Assembly (NCBI GenBank): GCA_016931955.1
Contig: JAFGDV010000035.1
Coordinates: 2,852 to 66,851, forward strand
DNA length: 64,000 bases
Direction of reading: 5' to 3'
DNA from: Candidatus Altiarchaeota archaeon
GTDB taxonomy: Archaea > Altiarchaeota > Altiarchaeia > IMC4 > QMZM01
Shown here: positions 1-9,744 of the stretch, in pieces
Layout: the number at the start of each line of letters is the position of its first letter
Position numbering within the stretch: position 1 is the first letter of the stretch
Translations under genes and position numbers: made by a program
The notes under the pieces: model-generated
Told to the model about the DNA's origin: nothing
The model's database searches: none
Seen by the model: only the letters and a program-made list of their open reading frames with translations

Positions 1-50
1 GTATCAAGTTCTCCCTTCTGCCTCTGGAGGAGGTCCTCTTCTTTATTACG

Positions 51-491
51 GTGCCATACAGTTGCTTGTTCATCCACGAATCATTACAAACATACTTTAA
101 GGACAGGGAGGTTCCATTCCGCAGGAACATTTATGTTGTGACAGCAGTCTTTATATTCCTGTTATCCCTCCCATATGTGAAACAGGATTATACGTTCACA
201 GTTCTCGCAGTGACTGCATCATTCATGCTGCTGGGAGCGTTCCATCTACAGGAAATGCTCTCCTCCAAGCTCTACTGGATCTATATTATGATAACCATGT
301 TCCTCTTTGTAGTATTCAACTACCTCCTGACATCTATGCCGATTGTGACCTATAACTCGGAGGCTATATGGGGTTTGCGGATTTTAACAATACCGGTGGA
401 AGACTTCTTCTACAACTACTCAATGCTTTCCATGTATCTGGCCGTCTACCTGTGGACTGGGAAAAGGTTTTATTTAGGTAATCCTAAGTAG
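51..491 (+). CDS. polytopic membrane protein, function unknown
   Basis: Hydrophobic 146-aa ORF with 4-5 predicted TM segments and no recognisable catalytic motif. Confidence 0.4.
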   Translation: MPYSCLFIHESLQTYFKDREVPFRRNIYVVTAVFIFLLSLPYVKQDYTFTVLAVTASFMLLGAFHLQEMLSSKLYWIYIMITMFLFVVFNYLLTSMPIVTYNSEAIWGLRILTIPVEDFFYNYSMLSMYLAVYLWTGKRFYLGNPK

Positions 492-495
492 ATAT

Positions 496-921
496 ATGTC
501 TCTGCAGAGGAGGGTTAATGTTAAGAGGATACTACTTGCTGGTTTCCTCTCTGGTTCTGTCATCGCTGTAATATACTTCCTCTTCCAGTATATTGTGCAG
601 TCTGTGCTGCCATACGATGTCCTGAAGTTGGGTGGCATGCGTTCCCAAGGCGACCCCATAATGGCATTGTTTTTCCTGTATCCGTGGGTTGTCGGATTCA
701 CCATGACTGCAGTGTATCGCTTCTTCACTAAACTGATCCAGTGTAGAAAATGTAAGCCGATAATCTTCGCCGTCGTCGTATGGCTTGTCTCAGCCGTCCC
801 CCAGTTCTTCATCGTGGTCTCGAGCATGGATTACCCCCTCGGCTTCTACGTGAACCAGCTCTTTGGGAGCTTCTTCTACATGCTTGCTGCAGCATACGTT
901 ATCTGGAAGATCCTTGACTAG
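496..921 (+). CDS. membrane protein, function unknown
   Basis: 141-aa ORF with 4 hydrophobic helices, 5 nt downstream of the preceding ORF. Confidence 0.4.
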   Translation: MSLQRRVNVKRILLAGFLSGSVIAVIYFLFQYIVQSVLPYDVLKLGGMRSQGDPIMALFFLYPWVVGFTMTAVYRFFTKLIQCRKCKPIIFAVVVWLVSAVPQFFIVVSSMDYPLGFYVNQLFGSFFYMLAAAYVIWKILD

Positions 922-924
922 TGA

Positions 925-1365
925 TTATGGTATCTCGGTAACGGAGACCTTCTTCAGCCCCTCCACGACGACGTAGTTTTCTACGTCGATTTTCATGAGG
1001 GCTGTTGCGCTGTTTGATAGAAAACCTGAGAGTGCAGGATGTTTCAGGAGAAATCCATTTGAGAGTTCGCGGTCTTTTTCTGAGACCTCGATGGCTCTAC
1101 CAGAAGCAGTCACTGCGACGGCTTTACTGAAGTCTGAACTATTGTTGCTTCTGTTATCTACGAGCAAAGCAACCATTGGATTCACTGAGATGTTCTGGTA
1201 TTTTCTTGTAACTCGATCGGTTGCAAACAGGAGAGACCTCAGGTCAGGGGTTGAGGCGAAGGCTACGAGGCTTGCATAGGGTTGTCCCTCATACTCAGTG
1301 GACAAGACGCCGAGCTTCTGTTCTGTTAGGACTTCATTGATCCTGTTCTTGATATCGTCTTCCAT
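925..1365 (-). CDS. pyridoxamine 5'-phosphate oxidase-like FMN-binding split-barrel protein
   Basis: 146 aa; N-terminal ...LGVLST...GQPYASLVAFA...LLFATDRVTRKYQNI..NP.VALLV pattern typical of the PNPOx/general-stress-26 family. Confidence 0.55.
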   Translation of the reverse strand: MEDDIKNRINEVLTEQKLGVLSTEYEGQPYASLVAFASTPDLRSLLFATDRVTRKYQNISVNPMVALLVDNRSNNSSDFSKAVAVTASGRAIEVSEKDRELSNGFLLKHPALSGFLSNSATALMKIDVENYVVVEGLKKVSVTEIP

Positions 1366-1434
1366 CCCACTATCCTATAGTGTTTCCTCAGGTATAACCT
1401 GATAATTTTAATACACTCAAGCCCATTAGATTAC

Positions 1435-2022
1435 ATGCGTTTGATTTTAGTCTTTATTGCTCTTCTCTTGGTTTGCGGATGCGTCAATGAACCCAGGGAG
1501 GATGCGTCAACAGCTACTATGATGAAAATGAACGAGATTGTTGTCTTTGAGACAAATAAGGGGAATTTCGAGGTTGAATTGTATCGAGACAAGGCCCCGA
1601 TTACGGTTGAGAACTTTTTAGGGTACGTGAATGAAGGGCACTACGACGGCACTGTATTTCACAGGGTCATCGACGGCTTCATGATCCAAGGGGGTGGATT
1701 CACTCCAGACGGCGTCCAAAAGCAGACCCATGCCCCGATAAAGCTGGAATCCCAGAACGGTCTCAGCAATGTGAATAAGACTATTGCGATGGCGCGCACC
1801 ATGGTTGAGGACAGCGCGACCTCTCAGTTCTTCATCAACGTGGACAACAACACCTACCTGGACTACGGCCCCAAAAATCCAGGATACGCTGTATTCGGTA
1901 GGGTAGTCTCTGGCATGGACGTCGTTGTTGGAATATCCAAGGTGGAAACAGATAACAGAGGATACAACCAAGACTGGCCTGTAGAAGACGTCATCATAGA
2001 AAAGGCCTACACTAAGACATGA
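1435..2022 (+). CDS. cyclophilin-type peptidyl-prolyl cis-trans isomerase, lipoprotein
   Basis: Signal peptide ending LLVCGC (lipobox-like); cyclophilin motifs HRVIDGFMIQGGGF, FFINV, GYAVFGRVV.GMDVV. Confidence 0.85.
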   Translation: MRLILVFIALLLVCGCVNEPREDASTATMMKMNEIVVFETNKGNFEVELYRDKAPITVENFLGYVNEGHYDGTVFHRVIDGFMIQGGGFTPDGVQKQTHAPIKLESQNGLSNVNKTIAMARTMVEDSATSQFFINVDNNTYLDYGPKNPGYAVFGRVVSGMDVVVGISKVETDNRGYNQDWPVEDVIIEKAYTKT

Positions 2023-2504
2023 GGATGGATGACAGGATTCGTCTGGTATTGACGGCATTGCTTGTGGTCTTATCTGCCCTGATCCTGGCTTCAGGCTACT
2101 TCTATGTCTCAGTCATCAGTCCCGTCTACAGCAGCCAGAGCATCAAGATGGATAAACTGACTTTCTCCAAGTATTATCTATTAGGTTCGGGCTTTGATTC
2201 CTTATCCATAGAAGAACTTAAGGAACTCATGGATTCAGAAAGTGATCCTCTCGTCATAGACCTAAGGCTTAAGGAGCAATACTCGAGATCGCATATCCCT
2301 GGATCGGTCAGTGTGTCCTTCAACAGCATAGTCAACGGCAGTACTGGAATTGTTTCTGGAGGGGATGTGGTCTTCGTCTGTTCTCGGGGGAAGTTGAGCA
2401 GGGTTGCTGCGGCAGTCCTCGCAGACAGGGGGGTTTCTCAGGTATACAGCTTAGACGGTGGTTTTAGTGCGTGGAAATACGAAGTCGAAGAAAACATTCT
2501 GTGA
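2019..2504 (+). CDS. membrane-anchored rhodanese-domain protein
   Basis: N-terminal TM helix; C-terminal rhodanese fold with active-site loop VVFVCSRGKLS and ...LDGGFSAWK; start overlaps cyclophilin stop (ATGA). Confidence 0.6.
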   Translation: MRMDDRIRLVLTALLVVLSALILASGYFYVSVISPVYSSQSIKMDKLTFSKYYLLGSGFDSLSIEELKELMDSESDPLVIDLRLKEQYSRSHIPGSVSVSFNSIVNGSTGIVSGGDVVFVCSRGKLSRVAAAVLADRGVSQVYSLDGGFSAWKYEVEENIL

Positions 2505-2879
2505 AGATCTGGGGTGCGTGAACTGCGAAGACGTCTTTGAGGAGTTGAGACCCCACATCACAGAGGTCATAGTAACCAGGCATTTCCATAGAGACCTCCC
2601 GGAGTTTGACACCTCCTTGGTTGTCGACGGCCAGCACGTCCACTTCAGGCATCTGCATAAATTGGAGGAACACTTCGATGGAGTTTTTGTCTTCAGGGCC
2701 TTGAAGGATAAGACTCACATAGTCTACGCAGTCGACGGCAAAAGGCGGCTTATCTTTCTAAGGGCCTTCCATAACTTCCATGAATACGGGAACTTCCTCG
2801 CCGACCGGAAAGGTATTCTGTCGATGATAGGGTCTGTTTAGTTTTATTCGATCCTTCGTAATCTTACTTGAGGTGATTT

Positions 2880-3437
2880 GTGATGGTCGAAAAGAGGAAG
2901 TCTGTTCCATGGATTGTTTTTTCGAGGCTTCTTGGACTACTTTGTTTCATCCTGGTCGTCTATTTAATGAATGTTCTAGCACCAGCTGTCAAGGAACCCA
3001 TCTTCCATCAGGTGCTTGCTTTGGTGAACGACAACCTCGTCCTCCTTGTTTTGATGTCTCTCATATTCCTCATAGGTGAGGTATTTAATGCCTTGCCTTT
3101 TCCCATCGACCTAGCAGCCCCGCCTTTTAATGCAGTCGGGGCGATTCTCCTCCTGGTTTTCTTGTTCAACATATTTGAGTTAATCGATGTCCTCACGGGG
3201 GAGGATGTCTCTCCGGTCTTCAGGGGGTTTTCGTTGATTCTCTACCCTCTAGTGTTCTTCATAGTTTTGGTTGTCGGCTATGTTGGAGTCTTCAGGCATC
3301 TTCTCCCTGAGCTAGTGAAGCCGAAGGAGGAAATCCCCCCGGGTAAGTCTTGGAGTGAAGTCCGTGAAGAGTTCAGGGAGGCTTTCGCTGATTTCTTCAC
3401 CCTTCTTGGAGAGGAGGTTCGTGGGAAGAGGAGCTGA
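2880..3437 (+). CDS. membrane protein, function unknown
   Basis: 185 aa, 4-5 TM helices, acidic C-terminal tail. Confidence 0.4.
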   Translation: MMVEKRKSVPWIVFSRLLGLLCFILVVYLMNVLAPAVKEPIFHQVLALVNDNLVLLVLMSLIFLIGEVFNALPFPIDLAAPPFNAVGAILLLVFLFNIFELIDVLTGEDVSPVFRGFSLILYPLVFFIVLVVGYVGVFRHLLPELVKPKEEIPPGKSWSEVREEFREAFADFFTLLGEEVRGKRS

Positions 3438-3471
3438 TGTGTTTTATCTATCTAATCCAATATCGTGTAAC

Positions 3472-3918
3472 ATGAAGGTCAAGAACGGGGACACTGTCAG
3501 GGTTGAATACACTGTGAAGCTTGAGGATGGCTCCGTCTTTGAGAGGACGCCTGAAGACAGGCCGCTTGAGTTCACAATGGGGGAAAAGAAGGTGGTACTC
3601 GGATTTGAGAAAGCAATCCTTGGCATGAAATTGAATGAGAAAAAGTCTTTCACCTTGAAGCCTGCTGAAGGCTTCGGCGAACGAAGGGATTCACTTGTTA
3701 AAGAGATCCCGAAAATCCTGGTTCCAAAGGATGTGACTCTTAAAGTCGGCGACGAATTGAAGGTCGAAGTTGCCGGCTCCGTCATACCAGCCAAGGTCCA
3801 GGAGATCAACGACAAGGTTGTTTTATTGGACGCCAACCATCCGCTGGCTGGGAAGACCGTAACATTCAACGTCAAAGTTATGAGCATAGACAAAAATGAA
3901 GGCCAGAAAAGGCGATAA
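3472..3918 (+). CDS. FKBP-type peptidyl-prolyl isomerase (SlyD-like, with IF/flap insert)
   Basis: Start trimmed to internal Met (MKVKNGDTVRVEYTVKLEDGSVFE...); archaeal short FKBP pattern with LEF..G....I.GFE.A..GM and a C-terminal insert-in-flap region. Confidence 0.8.
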   Translation: MKVKNGDTVRVEYTVKLEDGSVFERTPEDRPLEFTMGEKKVVLGFEKAILGMKLNEKKSFTLKPAEGFGERRDSLVKEIPKILVPKDVTLKVGDELKVEVAGSVIPAKVQEINDKVVLLDANHPLAGKTVTFNVKVMSIDKNEGQKRR

Positions 3919-4327
3919 AGTCCAGATCTCTTTCGTAGGCAGATTCAAAGACGGTGTGGTCTTCGAACGTTCCCTGGAGGATAAGCCATTGGAGTTCGTT
4001 GTCGGCTGCGGTGAGGTTCTTGAAGGACTCGATAGGGCTGTTTTAGGCATGAAATTGGACGAGGAGAAAACCATCGAGATCCCGTGTGAGGAAGGCTATG
4101 GTCCTAGAAGGGATGACCTCGTTATCGCCATTCCTAAGTCCACTATCTCCAAGGACCTGAATCCCTTTATTGGTGAGGTCTTGGTTATGAAGATGCCCGA
4201 CGGCGACCGCGTTCCTGCAATGGTCCGGGATGTCAAAGAAGACGCCGTTATCATGGACGCGAATCCACCGTTTGCTGGCAAAGACCTGGTCTTCGACATC
4301 AAGCTGGTGGGCTTAGACAGTCCATGA
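3896..4327 (+). CDS. FKBP-type peptidyl-prolyl isomerase, tandem paralog
   Basis: MKARKGDKVQISFVGRFKDGVVFERS...LEFVVGCGEVLEGLDRAVLGM; same architecture as the upstream FKBP; start overlaps its 3' end. Confidence 0.8.
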   Translation: MKARKGDKVQISFVGRFKDGVVFERSLEDKPLEFVVGCGEVLEGLDRAVLGMKLDEEKTIEIPCEEGYGPRRDDLVIAIPKSTISKDLNPFIGEVLVMKMPDGDRVPAMVRDVKEDAVIMDANPPFAGKDLVFDIKLVGLDSP

Positions 4328-4361
4328 GACGGGCTTTCTGAACCGGGTTCTGGTGTAAAAA

Positions 4362-4862
4362 ATGAATACTTTAGCCGCCATATTGTTGATGGATGCAATA
4401 AAGCTGATCGTTTCACTGCCGGCGACGTACCTAACGCTCTGGGAGACAACGAAACTATTGAAGATAAGATTCGCCGCTCCTAAGACAACTCTCAAGATTG
4501 CTCTGATGCTATCTGGAACAGCCTTCGTTTTGGATCTGGTGAACATATATGTCCTAGTTTACGCTCAATGGTCGAACCTGGTAAAACTGGTACCCCTACT
4601 GGGGTCTCTTATACTGTACTATGCCTTCGCTTTGATTCTGATATGGGCGATGTATAGGGATACCAACAAAAAAAGCGTCATGATATGGCTGATATATGCG
4701 GCGGTCTACTTTCTGATTGTTAGGGTCTATGCTATGTATGTAACAGGTGTGATGGCATTGGTGGGGGGGGGATATAATCTAGGGTATCTAATATTCTACC
4801 ATGAGAGCACTGGTCATGGCTTTGATGCCATTCATCCTAATGTGTGCATGCTTAAGCCATGA
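4362..4862 (+). CDS. membrane protein, function unknown
   Basis: 166 aa, 5 TM helices. Confidence 0.4.
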   Translation: MNTLAAILLMDAIKLIVSLPATYLTLWETTKLLKIRFAAPKTTLKIALMLSGTAFVLDLVNIYVLVYAQWSNLVKLVPLLGSLILYYAFALILIWAMYRDTNKKSVMIWLIYAAVYFLIVRVYAMYVTGVMALVGGGYNLGYLIFYHESTGHGFDAIHPNVCMLKP

Positions 4863-5583
4863 AACCTGTGAAGAGATAGGGGAGCAGGAGATTAGAGACC
4901 TGTGTTATTCAAGTCTAGCGTTGGCTGAGTCGGATGAGAGAATCTGCGACAAGATACAGAATAGCACAACAGCCGATCTATGCTGTCAGACGATAGCCTA
5001 CATGAAACAAGACTCTATAATATGTGGGAAAATCCAGGACCTAGAAAAAAGGGGGGAATGCTTGCAGGAGATAAGCGAAGTGATTACGACGACCACGTCT
5101 ACGACCCTTGTAATTTCTGAAGAAAAAAACGTGTCGGCTTCAACAGACAAAAAAACCTACAGGGGGAATGTGACCCTGGGAGGAGACCACGTCTACGGCG
5201 ACACAATAAATCTGGCAATAAAAAACAACCTCGACGAAGGCATATTCTTTGACACAAGCATGATAGAGCCCTTCACAAGCATGTACATCGAATGCCTTGC
5301 AGAGGGGGGGTGGCAGATCTGCGATGGGCTTCAGGGGGTGGCTGAATATCCTCAAGGCTACAGCTCGGAGAGGTGGATGCAGACAGCAACAAAACTCAAA
5401 GCCGGCGAAGAACACACCTACAGACACGAGATCGCGTCAACCCCTGAGTGGAACCCATACACAGCGGAAAGATACCGGTTCAGGCTAGAATACACGTTCG
5501 GCTTAAAGGGAAGAGGCGACTGGATGAACAGAAGCCTCTTTGAAACCATCTATTCGAATGAGTTCACGATCGCTGAAAGCTAG
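4801..5583 (+). CDS. secreted Cys-rich protein with Thr-rich linker (probable lipoprotein)
   Basis: Signal peptide MRALVMALMPFILMCAC; 12 Cys in the first 90 residues; TTTTSTT linker; start overlaps the preceding ORF so the exact start is uncertain. Confidence 0.45.
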   Translation: MRALVMALMPFILMCACLSHETCEEIGEQEIRDLCYSSLALAESDERICDKIQNSTTADLCCQTIAYMKQDSIICGKIQDLEKRGECLQEISEVITTTTSTTLVISEEKNVSASTDKKTYRGNVTLGGDHVYGDTINLAIKNNLDEGIFFDTSMIEPFTSMYIECLAEGGWQICDGLQGVAEYPQGYSSERWMQTATKLKAGEEHTYRHEIASTPEWNPYTAERYRFRLEYTFGLKGRGDWMNRSLFETIYSNEFTIAES

Positions 5584-5862
5584 ACCTTAAATCCTCCAGA
5601 TCCTTTGAGTATTTTTCCGATTTCGCCCTATCAATGCTTGGATCAGACTCAATAACCAAGTAGATGTATGCAATAACTCCTGCCCCAACGACGGCTTCTA
5701 TGAACACGGTATAACCCCCATCGCGCCAATGTAATCTATTATGATCTAATCTGTAAAAACCGGATTTTAACTACATGTAGAAAATATATTATCTAAGGTG
5801 GTGGAAGTGTGTAAGACTTGCGCCTCACGTAATACAAAGAAGAAGGATGAAAAGAGATGGTC

Positions 5863-6378
5863 TTAGAGGCGTTGCTCTGAGAGCATCAGGTGGTCGGTTT
5901 CCACTTCAATAAATGCCTCAAAGATCTGTTTTATCCTTGGATTGGATGATGCGGTCGCGGCCTTCTTATAGAATTCGATGGCCCTGGTTTCTCTGGCATG
6001 AGACTCCTCAAGGTTCTCTCTGTTGCTTGTGTGGCAGGTTTCCTTCCGTTTATCAGTGCTGCTCAACTTCAGTATCTTCCTCCAGACTGAGGCGTGCTCT
6101 GCTTCGACCTTACCTAAAGCCTTAAACAGGAGCTTGCCTTCAGCGTCATCGGTTTTCTCGGCGGCGCAGAAATAGAAGGCTGAATTACTTAGCTCAACAT
6201 CCAGGGCATGCTCTAAGATTGCTATATCCCTCTTATCCAAGCTAACGTTGAATTCTGCTTTAGCATACCTTGCTTCCTTGATGTATCGCCCATGCGCCCC
6301 GCAGAAGGGGCAGTTGGCGGGAGGCTCCTCTCCTATGTAGGGGTCACCGCATATCTCACACCTCCAAAGTTTAACCAT
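5863..6378 (-). CDS. rubrerythrin-family diiron protein with N-terminal rubredoxin-like Cys4 ribbon
   Basis: CEICGDPYIGEEPPANCPFCGA at the N-terminus, followed by a ferritin-like four-helix region with ExxH pairs (VEAEHASV, EVETDHLM); the reverse-rubrerythrin-like domain order is my inference. Confidence 0.7.
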   Translation of the reverse strand: MVKLWRCEICGDPYIGEEPPANCPFCGAHGRYIKEARYAKAEFNVSLDKRDIAILEHALDVELSNSAFYFCAAEKTDDAEGKLLFKALGKVEAEHASVWRKILKLSSTDKRKETCHTSNRENLEESHARETRAIEFYKKAATASSNPRIKQIFEAFIEVETDHLMLSEQRL

Positions 6379-6396
6379 CTCAACTCACCTCACATG

Positions 6397-7092
6397 TTAT
6401 ATCTCCCCTCCGATGTACTCCCAGACGTCGACGTCTTCGCCTGAGTTTTTTCCAAGGGTTTCGGCAGCAGTCTTGACGATGATCCCAGCAACCTTCCTGG
6501 GCTCGACTCCTCTATACTTGGTCATCCTGGTAGCAGTCATTCCCGGGTTTATGGAGTAGACCCTTATCCCCTGGGGGAGCTCTTCGGCGAGGGCTTGAGT
6601 GAAGCCGCGGACTCCGAACTTGGTTCCACAGTACGTTGTAAGCTCATAGAAACCCTGTTTACCTGCGCTGCTGGCGATATTAATTATAATCCCGTCGCCC
6701 TGTTCTAGGAAAATAGGTAAAAAAGAGCGAGTCACCTTGATAAGACCGATCAGGTTCACGTCAATCTGTTCCTCTATGTCTTCAATCGACTGCTCAACCA
6801 AGGGAGTCCAGCGAATAACCCCTGCGTTGTTTATCAGCACGTCTACCCTGCCGAATTCCTCAAGAACGTTCTCCCTCAATTCCTCGATGGATGAGTCGTC
6901 TCTAACATCCAGATGAAAGAGAACCGCTTTCCCTTTTTTTTTGCATTCAGAGTGTACCTGTTCTCCTGCGTGTTTCCCTCTGCTATAAGTTATGATAACC
7001 TTTGAGCCTTTTCTGGCGAACAACAACGCGGTTTCTCTGCCGATGCCCGAGCTTGAGCCCGTGACCAAGACAACTTTGTCTCGTAATTCCAT
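6397..7092 (-). CDS. short-chain dehydrogenase/reductase (SDR)
   Basis: TGSSSGIG Rossmann motif, NNAG, catalytic Y..K (YCGTKFG). Confidence 0.85.
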   Translation of the reverse strand: MELRDKVVLVTGSSSGIGRETALLFARKGSKVIITYSRGKHAGEQVHSECKKKGKAVLFHLDVRDDSSIEELRENVLEEFGRVDVLINNAGVIRWTPLVEQSIEDIEEQIDVNLIGLIKVTRSFLPIFLEQGDGIIINIASSAGKQGFYELTTYCGTKFGVRGFTQALAEELPQGIRVYSINPGMTATRMTKYRGVEPRKVAGIIVKTAAETLGKNSGEDVDVWEYIGGEI

Positions 7093-7126
7093 CCTTTATT
7101 ACTTTACATACGAAAATATATTTAGA

Positions 7127-7636
7127 ATGGATGCAATAAAGGCCATAAAGACTCGGAGAAGCGTACGCGAGTACTCAGACCAACATGTGGCAGACGAAAC
7201 CATCAGGGATCTGCTTGAGGCTGCCATGTGCGCGCCCTCTGCGGGCAACGAACAACCCTGGCATTTTATCGTCATAAGGGATCAGGGGGTACTGGAGGAA
7301 ATACCAAGGGTGCATCCATACGCCCTCATGGTAAAGAAGGCATCCGCTGCCTTAGTTGTCTGCGGCGACACTCGGTTGGAGAAACACAAGGGATTCTGGG
7401 TGCAAGACTGTGCTGCGGCGACAGAGAACATACTGTTGGCTGCGAACGCGAAGGGATTGGGGGCAGTTTGGTTGGGCATCTATCCCCGAAAAGACAGGGT
7501 CTTAGGCATGCAGAAGCTGTTGAAGCTGCCCGAGGAGGTAATACCCCTCGCCTTAGTACCCCTGGGTTATCCTCTAAGCAGGCTTCCGGGCTCGGAAAGA
7601 TTCAACGAATCAAGGATACATGAAGACCGGTGGTAG
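7127..7636 (+). CDS. nitroreductase-family flavoprotein
   Basis: Start trimmed to MDAIKAIKTRRSVREYSD (classic nitroreductase N-terminus RRS.R.F); the 5' extension in the ORF track overlaps the SDR gene and is rejected. Confidence 0.8.
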   Translation: MDAIKAIKTRRSVREYSDQHVADETIRDLLEAAMCAPSAGNEQPWHFIVIRDQGVLEEIPRVHPYALMVKKASAALVVCGDTRLEKHKGFWVQDCAAATENILLAANAKGLGAVWLGIYPRKDRVLGMQKLLKLPEEVIPLALVPLGYPLSRLPGSERFNESRIHEDRW

Positions 7637-8698
7637 ATTATCTGGGATATGGAAGTTGAATCTTCCGTTGTTTTTTATCCAGATATTGGGGCAGTGGGTC
7701 CACATGTCACATGCAGAGCAGATGGGGTTATAGTCCCACCTACCCTCCAGGTGCATTTCACGAAGCTTTGCTTTCTGTAGGTGGAAATCCATAAAGGACT
7801 TTTCATGGAGGTTACCCAGAAAAAGTTCGTTGTTTTTTCCAGAGGCTAAACCTGCGCCGCAGGGATATACGTTCCCATCCTTGTCTATGCAGATGGTCGT
7901 CCATAGCCTGAGGCAGGGATATCTATCGCCTGTATGCCTTACATGGAAGTCGTCTCTATCTATCTTACCCCCCCAGTTTATAACAGACCAAACAGAGATG
8001 TTGTCGTTTAGGCCGATAAGTGGTTTCCAGAATTCCTTGAACTCTTTGATTTCTGGTTCAGTCTTTTTTGTCTCAAGTATCTGGATGTCGACTCCAGGCT
8101 TCAAGCCTCTTCCAAGCTTTTTTCTAATAGACAAAAAGTTTTTTATGTTGTTCACCACCAGGTCATATCTATCTGCGCCAGCCAACCACCTGTAAGTGTT
8201 TTTACTGCCTGCGTTTATGCTAAGCAAAAGCCAGTCCGTCCTATCCAGTAATCTGATGAGCATCTTGGAGCATTCTTCATCCAGCAGTGTTCCATTGGTG
8301 GCAATCTGTATGAGGGAGTGGGGGCATTTGGTTTTCGTGTACTCTATTGCATCAGATAGCCTTGGATACATCAGGGGCTCGCCAACACCGTAAAGCCGGA
8401 TTATGGTCCGGCTATCAACGAATCTTGCGATATTGTCGATGATCCCCTTGAAGAAGTCGAAGTCTATGTCGCCTGCATTGGAGCCTTCGATACCTGTTCG
8501 AGGGCACATAAGGCATCTGAGATTGCACCTGTTTGTCAACTCTATCCTCACCACCCGATATATGCCAAAAAAATCGCATAATCGCTGTGATTCATACAAG
8601 CCCATATACTCCCCGTAGTTGATTAGGGTCTCTAAGAGTTTTATGACTGGTTTTCCCTTACTTAATATGTTTTTTATCGGACTCTGTTTTTTAGTCAT
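7610..8698 (-). CDS. radical SAM protein with C-terminal SPASM-like Cys cluster
   Basis: CNLRCLMC (Cx3Cx2C) plus C-terminal C...C and CSACDMWTHC motifs; 362 aa. Confidence 0.8.
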   Translation of the reverse strand: MTKKQSPIKNILSKGKPVIKLLETLINYGEYMGLYESQRLCDFFGIYRVVRIELTNRCNLRCLMCPRTGIEGSNAGDIDFDFFKGIIDNIARFVDSRTIIRLYGVGEPLMYPRLSDAIEYTKTKCPHSLIQIATNGTLLDEECSKMLIRLLDRTDWLLLSINAGSKNTYRWLAGADRYDLVVNNIKNFLSIRKKLGRGLKPGVDIQILETKKTEPEIKEFKEFWKPLIGLNDNISVWSVINWGGKIDRDDFHVRHTGDRYPCLRLWTTICIDKDGNVYPCGAGLASGKNNELFLGNLHEKSFMDFHLQKAKLREMHLEGRWDYNPICSACDMWTHCPNIWIKNNGRFNFHIPDNLPPVFMYP

Positions 8699-8943
8699 TG
8701 TGCTACAGTGCCTTTTTGTATGGTAACTAATTGACTTTAATCATCTAATAAATGGTTTATATACCTGTCTTACCCTATCCCTTATTGTGATGGACGCATC
8801 GATTCAGGGTAAGGGTTGCAGTGTTGTATGCTTTTTCTTCAGCTTCGGCTATTCCTATTTTCGCTAGATAGCGTCCGCGATTCCGCCATAAACTGCTTGG
8901 TGTGTCTTCTTCCTTTCATATCTCGATCTTTGAGGTGATCTAT

Positions 8944-9744
8944 ATGAGTTACACAGGAAAAGCCGTTCGACTGGAGCGGATAATGAACAGGGAAACAAAA
9001 AGGACAGTGATAGTTCCAATGGACCACGGGATGAGTGTGGGTCCCATCCCGGGTTTAGTGGACATGGGGGAGACCGTTGACTTAGTGGCTGAGGGAGGTG
9101 CTAATGCCGTCTTAGGGCACATAGGTCTGCCATTGTTCGGCCACAGAAGACATGGGAAAGACATTGGATTGATACTCCACCTATCAGGGAGTACGTCGAT
9201 CAGCCCGGACCCGAACAATAAGGTGTTGATGACGCCAGTAGAGGATGCGATAAAGATGGGCGCTGATGCTGTTTCTGTTCACATCAACATAGGGGCTGAC
9301 ACGGATTGTGAGATGCTGCGCAAGCTGGGTATGACGGCCAGCAAGTGCAGGGAATGGGGGATGCCTCTTCTGGCGATGATGTATCCCCGGGGGAAGAAGA
9401 TCAATTCAGAGCATTCTGCGGAATATGTGAAGATCGCTGCGAGGGCGGCGGCGGAGATAGGCGCCGACATAGTGAAGACAAACTATACAGGCGACGTGGA
9501 CTCCTTCAGGGAGGTGACTAGGGGTTGTCCAGTGCCTGTGGTGGTAGCGGGTGGTCCTAGGATGTCGACAACACGTCAGCTGTTGGAGATGATACATGAC
9601 TCAGTAGAGGGAGGGGGCTCAGGCGTTGCTATAGGTAGAAACGTCTTCCAGGCCAGGAACCCAACGGAGATGGTGAAAGCCATAGTAAAGATAGTGCACG
9701 AAGGCTGTGAAGTGGATGAGGTGTTGAAGGAATTCAGGTTATGA
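8944..9744 (+). CDS. DhnA-type class I aldolase (archaeal FBP aldolase / ADH synthase family)
   Basis: Start at [14 protein letters not shown] preceded by GAGGTGA; [22 protein letters not shown] and IVKTNYTGD (Schiff-base Lys region) are typical of the family; FbaB versus AroA' cannot be decided from sequence alone. Confidence 0.8.
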   Translation: MSYTGKAVRLERIMNRETKRTVIVPMDHGMSVGPIPGLVDMGETVDLVAEGGANAVLGHIGLPLFGHRRHGKDIGLILHLSGSTSISPDPNNKVLMTPVEDAIKMGADAVSVHINIGADTDCEMLRKLGMTASKCREWGMPLLAMMYPRGKKINSEHSAEYVKIAARAAAEIGADIVKTNYTGDVDSFREVTRGCPVPVVVAGGPRMSTTRQLLEMIHDSVEGGGSGVAIGRNVFQARNPTEMVKAIVKIVHEGCEVDEVLKEFRL

